Source: an uncultured virus (IMG/VR IMGVR_UViG_3300037427_003924) (Duplodnaviria > Heunggongvirae > Uroviricota > Caudoviricetes). Taken from it: 64,000 bases of DNA. A model generated the notes under the pieces. The model made no database searches, was not told the origin of the DNA, and saw nothing but the letters and a program-made list of their open reading frames with translations. This document shows, piece after piece, positions 48,870 to 57,939 of this stretch. Location of the stretch: IMG/VR virus record IMGVR_UViG_3300037427_003924. One strand, given 5' to 3'. Position numbers and translations under genes: made by a program. Every line of letters begins with the position of its first letter. Position 1 is the stretch's first letter.

Positions 48870-49216
48870 ACAGATTTCATCTGTACGTTACAGAGTTAAG
48901 AAAAAGGAAATTCACTAATGTCACTAAACTAGCGTCTTACTTAAAAGTCTCTTGTCAAATGTGGCGCAAGGTAGAGCGAGGAATAAACCCTCCCCCGCGA
49001 AAATCTCTATTGAGGACCTTTTGCCTTGTGGTTTCTGCAAAAGAATATGAACAAAATCAACTTTATCAATTAGCTAGGCGGTGGGAGCCTCATCCTGACA
49101 CTAACTCCTTGAATCATAATCTTTACCACCATGGATTAAAAGAGGATTGGACCCAAGCCATCTTAGAAGAAAATACCCCAGACTATACCCATAGATACTG
49201 GAAACCTGTACTTTAA
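48866..49216 (+). CDS. XRE-like HTH protein
   Basis: ELRKRK...TKLASYLKVS...WRKVERG.NPPP. Confidence 0.55.
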   Translation: MNRFHLYVTELRKRKFTNVTKLASYLKVSCQMWRKVERGINPPPRKSLLRTFCLVVSAKEYEQNQLYQLARRWEPHPDTNSLNHNLYHHGLKEDWTQAILEENTPDYTHRYWKPVL

Positions 49217-49527
49217 TAGATTCGACTAAGAACGTCGTTAATGTTATCAAAAGATATTCGGTCTATCCGGACGGATGGAGCTCTTACCCTAGTATTAGCT
49301 ATTCTCAAACCAAAGACGTCATCAGCAGGACAAACCATGTCTTCCACAAAATCCCACAATCCCGTGTGCTTGGCCCATTTATAATAGAGATCAATATTCC
49401 TCTCCTCCGCTTCTAAGAGTATTTGACGTTCTTGTTTCAGAATCCTCAAATAAAGACACACTCCCCGAATGGCCAATGATTCACTTGGAGGTTCTACGAT
49501 TCCCTCGTAGAAAATTAAAGCATTCAC
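49213..49527 (-). CDS. Hypothetical protein
   Basis: 104 aa, GTG start, GTGTA upstream. Confidence 0.55.
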   Translation of the reverse strand: MNALIFYEGIVEPPSESLAIRGVCLYLRILKQERQILLEAEERNIDLYYKWAKHTGLWDFVEDMVCPADDVFGLRIANTRVRAPSVRIDRISFDNINDVLSRIY

Positions 49528-49595
49528 GCTTATAGCTTACACTTATTAGGGTTTAATTGGACCATTTCCCAAAAACCCCGTGTAATACATCTTAA

Positions 49596-49958
49596 ATGTC
49601 AAAAGAGACTAAAGAAAAAATAAGTTTTGCAGATTTGGATACTTTTCTTAAAATAGCTCCCGTGATAGGCTTAGCTCTCCTGACATATCTTCAGACTCTA
49701 TTCCCTAGTAAAGCTGAATTTGATAAACTGGAACAGCACTTAATTAAGATGGATAAGAAGATTACGGAGATGACCGTTCTCCAGCAAGCTATTAGCAGCA
49801 ACACTACAGACCTTCGGAGAGTCGCCGAAAGGATTCGGCTCCTAGAACTGGAGGTAGCAAAACACAACGCTCAAAGCTCTGCTAAAGTGGGAAAAAACAA
49901 TTCCCGCACTGTCGCGGCTAAAAAAAATACCAACGCCTCGGGGGGGAGTAGGAACTAA
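49596..49958 (+). CDS. Membrane-anchored coiled-coil protein
   Basis: Hydrophobic segment plus heptads; GTGTA upstream. Confidence 0.6.
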   Translation: MSKETKEKISFADLDTFLKIAPVIGLALLTYLQTLFPSKAEFDKLEQHLIKMDKKITEMTVLQQAISSNTTDLRRVAERIRLLELEVAKHNAQSSAKVGKNNSRTVAAKKNTNASGGSRN

Positions 49959-50269
49959 TGAAGTGGATTCTCCCTTTCTTATTTACTTTAGGTTTAAACG
50001 CCGAACCAAACTTTGATCCAGACGTAGAAGTCAAAATAAAAGGTCTAGTATGCGCCAGTTGCGCTATAGGGGTAAAAAAAGGTTTAGATAAAACTAAACT
50101 AGTTAAAAAAGTTAAATTTGATACCAGTAAACAATTATGTATAATAGAATACATAAGCATAGAGATCCATCCTAGCCAAATTAATCAAATTGTTAAAGAC
50201 GCAGGATATCAAGTAACCTCTATTAAATGGCTTAAAGATAAAAAGCCAAATAGATATAATAAACCATGA
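49958..50269 (+). CDS. Exported heavy-metal-associated (HMA, CopZ/MerP-like) protein
   Basis: Signal peptide; KIKGLVCASCA...KDAGY. Confidence 0.8.
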   Translation: MKWILPFLFTLGLNAEPNFDPDVEVKIKGLVCASCAIGVKKGLDKTKLVKKVKFDTSKQLCIIEYISIEIHPSQINQIVKDAGYQVTSIKWLKDKKPNRYNKP

Positions 50270-50778
50270 TGAAAAATATAATCCTATTAACAGCGACAAT
50301 TCTCTTATTCACAGGATGCACTTGGACTTTCGTTGGTAACGAAAGGTCTGACGATATAAAATTAAAAACCGACCCAGCCAAGTTTACACTGACAGTAATA
50401 AACCATACTGACTCTGCTATGAAATGGGAACAGACTTGGGCTATGACTGGTCCCGATTCTGGAATAGTAGCAGCGGGAGAAACTGTAGCCTTATCGTCCA
50501 ATGAAACGGGAGGGGATGTAATCACCATTACTCCGGTGCCACCCAAATCAGTTAAGAAACCAAACCCTCAAAATGGAAAGTTCCAAATGACTTATGGTTG
50601 GGATGGTCATATAGCCCGTGTCTATGCCGACAATGTTAAAAACGTGGGTAGTCCAACAAAAGATGTTCATTACCCCGGATGTAATTGGATCTACGCAACT
50701 AAATGGCTAAAACCTTCAGGCGTCCAAACAAACGCGAGTAATACCGTTACATTCACCACAAAACCTTTCTCTGAGTAA
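50266..50778 (+). CDS. Lipoprotein
   Basis: LLFTG-C lipobox. Confidence 0.65.
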   Translation: MMKNIILLTATILLFTGCTWTFVGNERSDDIKLKTDPAKFTLTVINHTDSAMKWEQTWAMTGPDSGIVAAGETVALSSNETGGDVITITPVPPKSVKKPNPQNGKFQMTYGWDGHIARVYADNVKNVGSPTKDVHYPGCNWIYATKWLKPSGVQTNASNTVTFTTKPFSE

Positions 50779-50798
50779 AAGAGCTAGATATTTAAAGG

Positions 50799-50835
50799 AA
50801 AACCCCCCGTCAATTAAGACGAGGGGTTCTTTTTT
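50799..50835. terminator. Bidirectional terminator
   Basis: AACCCCCCGTC...GACGAGGGGTT plus T-run between convergent genes. Confidence 0.7.
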
Positions 50836-50858
50836 TATAAACTACTAGAAATTAGCAA

Positions 50859-51155
50859 TTATTTAGTTTCAATAGTAAGTCCACCAGTATGGTGAAGTAC
50901 GAAGTTGGAAATCCACGCATAAACTGCGCCTCCTACCCAACCACCTATGCCAAATGCTGCAATGCTCCCCAAATCTGCGGATACTGCCCCACTAATCTTT
51001 TCGATACCACCATCAACATCACCTAATGCTCCTGCGCCAATTAAGGCTAATACAGGAAGCACTACGCCCTTGATAGCGCCAGTAGCTACGCCCAGCAAAC
51101 CTAAAAAGTTAGCTGCAGAACGTATATGTATTTTTGTAATCTTCATATTCTTCAT
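50859..51155 (-). CDS. Small two-TM membrane protein
   Basis: Two hydrophobic Gly-rich segments. Confidence 0.6.
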   Translation of the reverse strand: MKNMKITKIHIRSAANFLGLLGVATGAIKGVVLPVLALIGAGALGDVDGGIEKISGAVSADLGSIAAFGIGGWVGGAVYAWISNFVLHHTGGLTIETK

Positions 51156-51289
51156 AACAAAACACCGAGCGCAAAAAACTTAGCGAACGGTTAATAACTT
51201 TACACCTCCTAGTTCCTTTTGGGTATAAGGTAGATAAAAAAATCGCAGCCTCCCGGAAGAGACTGCGACTAAAGGAACTTTTAAGATAA

Positions 51290-51472
51290 TTACTCTGAAG
51301 TACCAGCTCCGACGTTTCCGCCGCTAGTGCCAGCACCTACGTTAGCTTTTGGGGCTGGAGTCGGTGCAGGGGTCGGTGCAGGAGCAGACGTTCCTGCTCC
51401 AACGTTTCCCGTACCGACGTTGCCAGTGTCATCGTAACCGCGAGATCCTGTTCTATTATTGTATTTGCTCAT
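51290..51472 (-). CDS. Low-complexity peptide with NVGAGTS repeats
   Basis: 60 aa; AGGAG upstream. Confidence 0.55.
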   Translation of the reverse strand: MSKYNNRTGSRGYDDTGNVGTGNVGAGTSAPAPTPAPTPAPKANVGAGTSGGNVGAGTSE

Positions 51473-51490
51473 TATTTTTTTTCTCCTAAA

Positions 51491-51925
51491 TTAGTCTGGA
51501 TAAACCTGACCAGTGACTACTGCGCCCGAAAAAGCGGGAACACAAACCAAAGCCCATGCCTCGGCGCCATTCCTTATGTCAGAGCTGTTGGCCATCCATC
51601 CGGATACGCTATTCTCTGTCCAACTCCAGTTAGCAGGCAAATCTGGACCAACTCTCTTGGTTCCTGTAACTACACCACTAACTCCAGTTAAATCCATGTA
51701 AGGGTAGTGATCTGTACCACTAACCATGCCGCAAGTGTAACTATTCCAGCGTTCAATAGGAGGTGCGCCATTATTGTAGTATTCTACATTATGATAGCCC
51801 CAAATATTAACATTAGCGTTTTGATCAGCTGCGGTTGAGGCAGAGGTGTTAACTTCAACTATACCATAGTCCCAATAACTAAGAGTTGAACCGGCGTCTG
51901 TAGTAATTTCTTTATAAAGTCCCAT
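51491..51925 (-). CDS. Hypothetical protein, paralogue of 51928-52359
   Basis: Shared SGTD.YPY.DLTGVSGVVTG...VSGWM..S.DIR...CVP.FSGA. Confidence 0.7.
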   Translation of the reverse strand: MGLYKEITTDAGSTLSYWDYGIVEVNTSASTAADQNANVNIWGYHNVEYYNNGAPPIERWNSYTCGMVSGTDHYPYMDLTGVSGVVTGTKRVGPDLPANWSWTENSVSGWMANSSDIRNGAEAWALVCVPAFSGAVVTGQVYPD

Positions 51926-51927
51926 GA

Positions 51928-52359
51928 TTATTCTCCTTCTGTCAATGCGTCGGTTGCTCCTGAGAAAAACGGCACACATACTTTAAGCCATGTATATGCC
52001 CCACTCCTAATATCATCACTTCTCTGCATCCATCCGGATACTCCGTTTTCTAGAGGGTCCCATCCGTCTGGAAGAGGTACCTCTCGTTCTGACCCAGTCA
52101 CTACGCCGGAAACTCCGGTTAAATCGTGATAAGGGTAAAAATCTGTTCCACTAGCATATGTACAGTTGTACATGTTACCATCCACGGAAGGAGCCCCGGC
52201 ATTTCGGTAAGCTTCGCTTGTAAACCCTAAAGTGTTTACGTTGGCCATGTATTGAGAGGATTCAGGGTCCGTGCCCTGAAACCAGTCTTCTACCCGACTT
52301 ATTTTCCAGTAGTTGGCTGCTTGTCCATCTGGCTTGGTATAATTTAAGTTAAGACCCAT
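51928..52359 (-). CDS. Hypothetical protein, paralogue of 51491-51925
   Basis: Same shared motifs; GTGTA upstream. Confidence 0.7.
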   Translation of the reverse strand: MGLNLNYTKPDGQAANYWKISRVEDWFQGTDPESSQYMANVNTLGFTSEAYRNAGAPSVDGNMYNCTYASGTDFYPYHDLTGVSGVVTGSEREVPLPDGWDPLENGVSGWMQRSDDIRSGAYTWLKVCVPFFSGATDALTEGE

Positions 52360-52404
52360 GTTAGTAAATATTACACATTAAAAATTAAAAATACTATTTT
52401 TTTT

Positions 52405-52674
52405 TCAAAAAGGACTCTTGTTATGAGAGCTTTCGGCGCTGGATGGTTTATTCTTGCCATAATAAGACTTTTTGTAGGTTTTGACTTTGTCTGGATTGCT
52501 TTTTTGCCATTCCGTCACCTTTTCAATGATTTTGTTTTTGTTTTTTTCGTAGTATTTCTTCGCGGTCTGGTTATCACATTCTTTACAATAATACTTCAAC
52601 CCATCCTTGGTACTACTTTGCTTTCTAAAAGCTCCAAGAGCTTTTGCCTCTTTGCATTTGGTACATATTTTCAT
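52405..52674 (-). CDS. Zn-binding protein resembling the N-terminus of HNH/endoVII homing nucleases, no nuclease domain
   Basis: MKICTKCKE.K....F......KDGL..YCKEC. Confidence 0.6.
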   Translation of the reverse strand: MKICTKCKEAKALGAFRKQSSTKDGLKYYCKECDNQTAKKYYEKNKNKIIEKVTEWQKSNPDKVKTYKKSYYGKNKPSSAESSHNKSPF

Positions 52675-52880
52675 TATGAAGCATTGTATAGTTCTAGCGC
52701 CGATTATTCTAAAAGTATTTTTGAAAAATATACTTGGATAGACGTTCACGGTATTTTTGAAAATATAGGAAAAAAAGGCTCGTGGAAAATGAAATTTAAC
52801 ACCCCCCGCTCGCTCTGACTCTGAAACAGGATTTCCCTTTTAGAAAAGGGGGGCTTTCCCTAGTTGAGGGAAGAGGCACA

Positions 52881-52944
52881 GGGAAGGACTCAGGAGGTTG
52901 GAGGTGGGTGGGGACTCAGAGGGTAGGGGACTCAGAGGGCTGGG
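52881..52944 (+). repeat. G-rich tract with three GGACTCAG copies; G-quadruplex pattern
   Basis: GGG-T-GGGG-ACTCAGA-GGG-TA-GGGG-ACTCAGA-GGG-CT-GGG. Confidence 0.7.
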
Positions 52945-53274
52945 CTAGCCAACCCTCCCATCCGCACAGGTCTCGCACACTGGCACGGCCTTGTGTTCCT
53001 CGTCGTGGTTCACTACGCAGCTCTCCAATGGGAACCAACCGCCGCAGCAAAAACACTTGGCGACATCCTCAGCGATAAACACTTGGTCGCTCAACCCTAC
53101 TGAAACATTGTCGCCGAGTATGATAAACTCCTTTGGCACGTCAGCCCATCCAATGTCACCATCCCAGCTCATAGGAATATCATCATCCTCTAGCTTGGGC
53201 GGTGCGCCATAGGGGAAATTGTTAGCTCCCTGCAGGTGGTTGGCTGTGTTATCTGTCATTGCGTGAAATCTCAT
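52945..53274 (-). CDS. Acidic Cys-containing early protein
   Basis: MRFHAM..., CFCC...CETC. Confidence 0.55.
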   Translation of the reverse strand: MRFHAMTDNTANHLQGANNFPYGAPPKLEDDDIPMSWDGDIGWADVPKEFIILGDNVSVGLSDQVFIAEDVAKCFCCGGWFPLESCVVNHDEEHKAVPVCETCADGRVG

Positions 53275-53275
53275 T

Positions 53276-53551
53276 TTAGTAGTTGTCTTTGTGGAATCTG
53301 CCCTTTGGTGTCCTGTCTTCAAAACACTTTTCAATCTCAACAACTCGGTGAATGTCGCCGTTGGTCGTTGTGCTGTTAACCGCTTCCGCGTGGTACTGGT
53401 CGATCATCTCCTGCTCGGTTGTGCCTAGCGGGTAGGTGTTACCAAGTACGCTGTTGACGCTTGCGAGGTAGTGGTTGCCCGTGTAGTTCGGGTTGCGCTC
53501 CACCTTGAATGTGACGTTTAAGAAGTTTATGTATTCTGTTGTATCTCTCAT
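53276..53551 (-). CDS. Early hypothetical protein
   Basis: TTGCAA-17-TATACT-10-ATGAGAGA. Confidence 0.7.
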   Translation of the reverse strand: MRDTTEYINFLNVTFKVERNPNYTGNHYLASVNSVLGNTYPLGTTEQEMIDQYHAEAVNSTTTNGDIHRVVEIEKCFEDRTPKGRFHKDNY

Positions 53552-53694
53552 AACTGGGAATAGTATAGCTAAAGACTCATAACTTTGCAAGCTTTTTCTT
53601 TAACTTTCTTACCTTTTTTTTCTGACGTTTAATCTCTTGCTGGAGTGATAGGATGACTGGACAATCTCCACTAAACCTACCCTTGTGATCGACA

Positions 53695-53922
53695 TCAAGC
53701 ATCGATCCCCGCCTTGTCCTCGAGCCACTCAAGTGACTCGCTGAATTCAATCTCGGTGAGTTTGTTCTGGATCTCGGTCAGCTTCTTCTCGGCAATAGCG
53801 ATCCGCTCTTGGATAGCTTCCTTGCTTACAAAGGTATCGGCTGCCAATACTTGCAACGCTCCGCGAATGCTCGCGATCTCGCCGCCCTGCTCTCTGATGT
53901 GTGCTTGTGTTGTTTCTCTCAT
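53695..53922 (-). CDS. Early coiled-coil protein
   Basis: TTGACA-17-TACTAT-10-ATGAGAGA. Confidence 0.7.
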   Translation of the reverse strand: MRETTQAHIREQGGEIASIRGALQVLAADTFVSKEAIQERIAIAEKKLTEIQNKLTEIEFSESLEWLEDKAGIDA

Positions 53923-53957
53923 AACTTGGTTAATAGTATCAGTTTAATCGGTTGGTG

Positions 53958-54110
53958 TCAACCCTTTTTATTGGCTTTTATTCTAGCGTTAGCCAGTGCA
54001 TTCAGTGGTGTGTAACCGTTCCATTCGTCCAGACTGATCTCCTTGACTGTCCGTACTCCATTGACCCAAGGCCCCATGACCTTAACCGTCTTGATGTTCT
54101 TATCTCTCAT
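53958..54110 (-). CDS. Early 50-aa protein (not in ORF track)
   Basis: TTGCAA-17-CATACT-10-ATGAGAGA; MRDKNIKTVKVMGPW... Confidence 0.65.
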   Translation of the reverse strand: MRDKNIKTVKVMGPWVNGVRTVKEISLDEWNGYTPLNALANARIKANKKG

Positions 54111-54167
54111 AACTGGAAATAGTATGCCTTAAATCTCAGTTGATTGCAAGCCCTAACTCAAACTTTT

Positions 54168-54332
54168 TTACCATGATCCATCCTTGCGTAAACCGCTCGG
54201 AATAGCTGGCCCTACGTAGCTGTTACCATGACGAAGCTTAGGCTTCCAGTGTTTAACCTTCCCGCGCACTGGGGGGATTGATCCCCCCTTCATTGCACGC
54301 TTGGCTGCCTTGCTTAGTTTTTGATACTTCAT
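54168..54332 (-). CDS. Basic 54-aa protein (not in ORF track)
   Basis: ATGA overlap with upstream stop; MKYQKLSKAAKR... Confidence 0.55.
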   Translation of the reverse strand: MKYQKLSKAAKRAMKGGSIPPVRGKVKHWKPKLRHGNSYVGPAIPSGLRKDGSW

Positions 54333-55384
54333 AACCTGCCTCCCTTCTTGGCTGCTCTGGTAGCCCTAGCCAATCGGCCAGCCCAGTTAATGCCGCCATC
54401 CTTCTTGACAGGCATCGCACCTATTAGGTCAGGTCGATCCTCCATCAAGTACGCAGTACGATCAGCGTCAGTAGACCAACCGTAAGCAACCTCCTCCAGA
54501 TACCTACTGTCCTCCTCACTCAACTTCGCAGCCCTCTTGACTACTCGGCTTATGCTGTTAGCTTCGGTCTTCTTGACGTAGTCCGTGCTAATGGCTGGCG
54601 TAATGTCAGCCAACTTTCCGTAAGTAGTGGCTAAAGTCTGAAAAGAAAAGCCAAAAGTCATCATAGGTGCGCCTGAACCATAATAGGTGTGCTGGCTAAC
54701 TAACTGGACGTTTTTTAGCCTAGCCTTGCGTAGTATTCGCCGGAAGTCCTTGATGGTCTGCTCGGTCTTGCTTACCGCATCACTCATCGCAGCTTTAGTG
54801 AAGTACTGCCTCATCTTCTGTCGCCAATTAGCGTCGAAGGTGAAGTAAATCAAGCCTGACCCGTTTAAGGTACGAGTGAACACTTGCACCGCTTCCCTAA
54901 CCTTGGCTGTTGGTGATCCACAGAAATCGAGCCATACGAAATCGGCATCGAATTCCCCGCCTCGCCCTGTTTCCTTGAGTTTGGGGCCAATGGGCATCTT
55001 GGCGTACTTGTTGCACATTAGCTCATTGACATCACCTAGGACGTAATCAGTCTGCACTGTTACGCCGTTAATGTCTCTGGAATCCGCAACGAACTCCCCT
55101 TGACGCTTCACTCCGCTTCTGTCGCCTACTGGCACGGGTGAATCATTGAACACTTTGCGGTCATGCTCGACCACAATGTTAAGCACTCGGTTGGTGCGAG
55201 CCGCCTTTGCTGAATGTACGGGCGTTTCCTCAAATGAGTTGGTGATACCAGCCAAGCTCACCGTGCGCACGGCAGTAGGTTTAACCTTGACCATGAACTG
55301 GGCCACTTGCTGGTTGATGCTGGCGCGAACTACGCGCTTGTTGGCTTCCCGTAGGAACTTCTTCGTTTGTGCTGATCTACTCAT
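54329..55384 (-). CDS. Putative SAM-dependent methyltransferase-like protein
   Basis: IVVEHD...GDV...DFVWLDFCG...GLIYFTF resembles Rossmann MTase strand order. Confidence 0.4.
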   Translation of the reverse strand: MSRSAQTKKFLREANKRVVRASINQQVAQFMVKVKPTAVRTVSLAGITNSFEETPVHSAKAARTNRVLNIVVEHDRKVFNDSPVPVGDRSGVKRQGEFVADSRDINGVTVQTDYVLGDVNELMCNKYAKMPIGPKLKETGRGGEFDADFVWLDFCGSPTAKVREAVQVFTRTLNGSGLIYFTFDANWRQKMRQYFTKAAMSDAVSKTEQTIKDFRRILRKARLKNVQLVSQHTYYGSGAPMMTFGFSFQTLATTYGKLADITPAISTDYVKKTEANSISRVVKRAAKLSEEDSRYLEEVAYGWSTDADRTAYLMEDRPDLIGAMPVKKDGGINWAGRLARATRAAKKGGRL

Positions 55385-55433
55385 AACAATGTTGCTTTCG
55401 CTTCCTTTAACTTACTTGAATTGGATTAAAACG

Positions 55434-55685
55434 TCAATCATAAAAATAATTTTTATGAATTTTTTCGACACAGCCTTGGTTGTCGGCATTAAGGGGATCA
55501 GCGGGATTGATCCCTAAACTCCTTGCTACACGCATTCTTGCGCTTGATGAAGGCATCTTTCTTTCCTCGATAGCGTGATTAATGAAGGTGCTGCGGAGGG
55601 CTCCCTTAATCTGCCTACTCTGCTCCCTTGCTCGTTGTGCAAGCGGTATGTTCCGTTTTTTTCCTTTCCTGCTTTTCTTTCTCAT
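55434..55685 (-). CDS. Basic early protein
   Basis: TTGCAA-18-TAGTAT-10-ATGAGAAA. Confidence 0.65.
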   Translation of the reverse strand: MRKKSRKGKKRNIPLAQRAREQSRQIKGALRSTFINHAIEERKMPSSSARMRVARSLGINPADPLNADNQGCVEKIHKNYFYD

Positions 55686-55895
55686 AACGAAGATGATACT
55701 ACCCTAAAAACTGATAAGATTGCAACCCCTAAATGCAAAAAAAATATTTTTTTTTATATTCTTAAAATTTACTCCATGGCATAAGCCTTGCTACTTAAAA
55801 TTCCAAGCCTTACTACCATTGTACCTCATCCAGCCGCCAAAGTCAAGCGTAAAAATGTTTTTTTCTTAAAAAAGTTTTTTTATTATTCTATGTCG

Positions 55896-55972
55896 TAAGT
55901 CATTGACTATCAGGCACTTAGGGCCGCGGGGGAGGGCGCCGAAGGCGTAAGTCGTTGATACTCAGTAGGTTA
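55896..55972. repeat. Double-palindrome element copy 1 (IHF-like sites)
   Basis: Two 25-bp TAAGT..TTGA...TCA..ACTTA-type units starting 55896 and 55948. Confidence 0.9.
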
Positions 55973-56098
55973 CGTTTCTGAAAGGCTGTTTTCTGTGCAG
56001 GTCTCGTGCCAACTCTCATAAAAAATAAAAATAAAAAAAATGAAAAAACTCACACTTTAGGCTTGTAATTTTCTGTGGTTTTGCTATAATTTTTTCAG

Positions 56099-56323
56099 AT
56101 GAGAGAGATGAAATACGAGTCAGACATCCTGACAAACCAGTGGAAAGAGTTCTTCAACGAGGTCGCAGCGAAATGCGAATACTGGGAACTAGGTTTCGGC
56201 GATATCAACGCCGACAAGGAAAGCGAAATAGTTCGCGAATGCTTTGTGGATAAATACACTGTACAGCACACGGTGGACGCATGGCACGAATACGTGGTAG
56301 AGGAAATGGTCGACAGCCTGTAA
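56099..56323 (+). CDS. Acidic early protein
   Basis: TTGTAA-16-TATAAT-8-ATGAGAGA. Confidence 0.7.
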   Translation: MREMKYESDILTNQWKEFFNEVAAKCEYWELGFGDINADKESEIVRECFVDKYTVQHTVDAWHEYVVEEMVDSL

Positions 56324-56369
56324 AAAGGTGTTGACTTCGTTAAATAAATAACCTATAATATTTTTTGTT

Positions 56370-56582
56370 ATGAGAAAGTTTGTAATTACTTATCGGCCAG
56401 ATGTCCACGAAGGGCATCGGAATCTAGAAGGGGATCTCCACGCTTATGTCGTCGAGGTCGAGGAACAGTTCGCTAACAGCGAAGAAAAGGACAACTGTGC
56501 TGGCATCACCGCCAAGTGCGTTGAGAGTGGAATGTGGAAACGATTCCGCTGGGATAGGATCACCAACATGGCCGCGGCCTAG
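56370..56582 (+). CDS. Early protein, WYL/SH3-like C-terminus
   Basis: TTGACT-17-TATAAT-10-ATG; WKRFRWDRI. Confidence 0.6.
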   Translation: MRKFVITYRPDVHEGHRNLEGDLHAYVVEVEEQFANSEEKDNCAGITAKCVESGMWKRFRWDRITNMAAA

Positions 56583-56630
56583 GTGATTGAGCTTGACCTT
56601 CAGTTAAAATCTGATATAATTATTCCTGTT

Positions 56631-56918
56631 ATGAGAGACCATTTAATAAAAACCGTAATCGTTCGCGAAGATAAAAATAATAATTGGCATATAATCGCCA
56701 AGCGCGGAGAAAGAGTTCTAGAAGAAACAAGGCCAGAGCCGAATTTCACTAAGGTAATGGAAAGAGCGCGGTTTGATCACTGCCTCTTTGATGACGAGCC
56801 AACGCAGCCAACAATTGAACGCTTCGACGATTCTAATACAGTCGAGAAAGGTTTGACTAGATTAGGCCAATGGCTCGAGAAGTGTTTCGATAAAATGGCA
56901 AATAAAGTGACTTTTTAA
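56631..56918 (+). CDS. Early hypothetical protein
   Basis: TTGACC-16-TATAAT-10-ATGAGAGA. Confidence 0.7.
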   Translation: MRDHLIKTVIVREDKNNNWHIIAKRGERVLEETRPEPNFTKVMERARFDHCLFDDEPTQPTIERFDDSNTVEKGLTRLGQWLEKCFDKMANKVTF

Positions 56919-56957
56919 GTTGACAAATCTAAAAATTCTGATATACTAATTTCCGTT

Positions 56958-57194
56958 ATGAGGGATAGAAGAAAGAAAGCAGCAGAGGTAATCGACTTAA
57001 CCCGTTTAGATATGGCCGGAGTCGAGGGTACATTGAAGTTCATTAGCGAAAGCAATGGGGATATCCAAGAGTTAAAAGAGATGGTTAACTCACAAAGGTT
57101 AATTCTTCAGAATCTACGCAAAGGCTTAAACAAGCCAATGTTTCAAGACGGATTCGCTTCACCCCTAGGATTTGACTTACAAGACGAAGCATGA
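56958..57194 (+). CDS. Early hypothetical protein
   Basis: TTGACA-16-TATACT-10-ATGAGGGA. Confidence 0.7.
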   Translation: MRDRRKKAAEVIDLTRLDMAGVEGTLKFISESNGDIQELKEMVNSQRLILQNLRKGLNKPMFQDGFASPLGFDLQDEA

Positions 57195-57703
57195 AAAAAA
57201 TAAAATGGTTAATCAACGATCTCGGTCTAAACGAACTCAACGCATGGTGGCGGTTGGTCTGGACGGCAGCCCTAATGGCTTTGGCTCTTGAGACAGTTAG
57301 CGCACACACTCACACAAATGCAAAACTTACCCGTGAAACAAAAATCATTGCTATCACTATACTTGCAGAGGCCAGAGGTGAAAAACAAAGCGGAATGTAC
57401 GCGGTGGGTGCTGTCATTGCTCAACGAGCATTTGAAAGAAAACAAACGCCCACAGAGGTATGCCTTAAAAAATGGCAGTTTAGTTGTTGGAACGGCAAAA
57501 GATTAAAAGACCTTGAGCATTTGTTAAAAGTCCCGCAAGCAAAGTATGCGCTGGCATTGGCTAAAAACATCAAACTTTTAAGTCGTGACTACGTTGGCTA
57601 TGCTAATCACTACCACGCGACTTGGATGAAAAAGCTACCTTACTGGGCTAAAGGTCAAAAGCCTGTCAAGGTTATAGGCCAACACGCATTTTACAAACTA
57701 TGA
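57191..57703 (+). CDS. Cell wall hydrolase (SleB/Hydrolase_2-like) with N-terminal hydrophobic segment
   Basis: ILAEARGE...AVGAVI..R...QFSCWN...ANHYHA...PYWA...IGQHAFY. Confidence 0.85.
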   Translation: MKKIKWLINDLGLNELNAWWRLVWTAALMALALETVSAHTHTNAKLTRETKIIAITILAEARGEKQSGMYAVGAVIAQRAFERKQTPTEVCLKKWQFSCWNGKRLKDLEHLLKVPQAKYALALAKNIKLLSRDYVGYANHYHATWMKKLPYWAKGQKPVKVIGQHAFYKL

Positions 57704-57936
57704 AAAACGAAAAACGGCACATAGGCGATATCGGACATATGCCATTAGGAGGACAAGAAGCCTACCAAGAAATGTTTTATTCTGGTGCTAGCTGCGGCCT
57801 CGTGCGACGGAGCGGACTAGATTCCAATGGCCGTAAAGACGGATCTCGCAGCAATGTCCATACAGTTTTTGAAAGACCAGCGGGATCGAACAAAACAAAA
57901 TCAACTAATAGACAAAAACCAAAACGAAGGAAATAA
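57700..57936 (+). CDS. Small basic protein, paralogue of 57940-58092
   Basis: Ends AGSNKTKSTNRQKPKRRK. Confidence 0.7.
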   Translation: MKNEKRHIGDIGHMPLGGQEAYQEMFYSGASCGLVRRSGLDSNGRKDGSRSNVHTVFERPAGSNKTKSTNRQKPKRRK

Positions 57937-57939
57937 ATC

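Noticed and set aside
52420..52430. Extra GTTATGAGAG on the + strand
   Set aside because: No promoter; the ORF it opens is the antisense shadow of 52405-52674, so probably chance.
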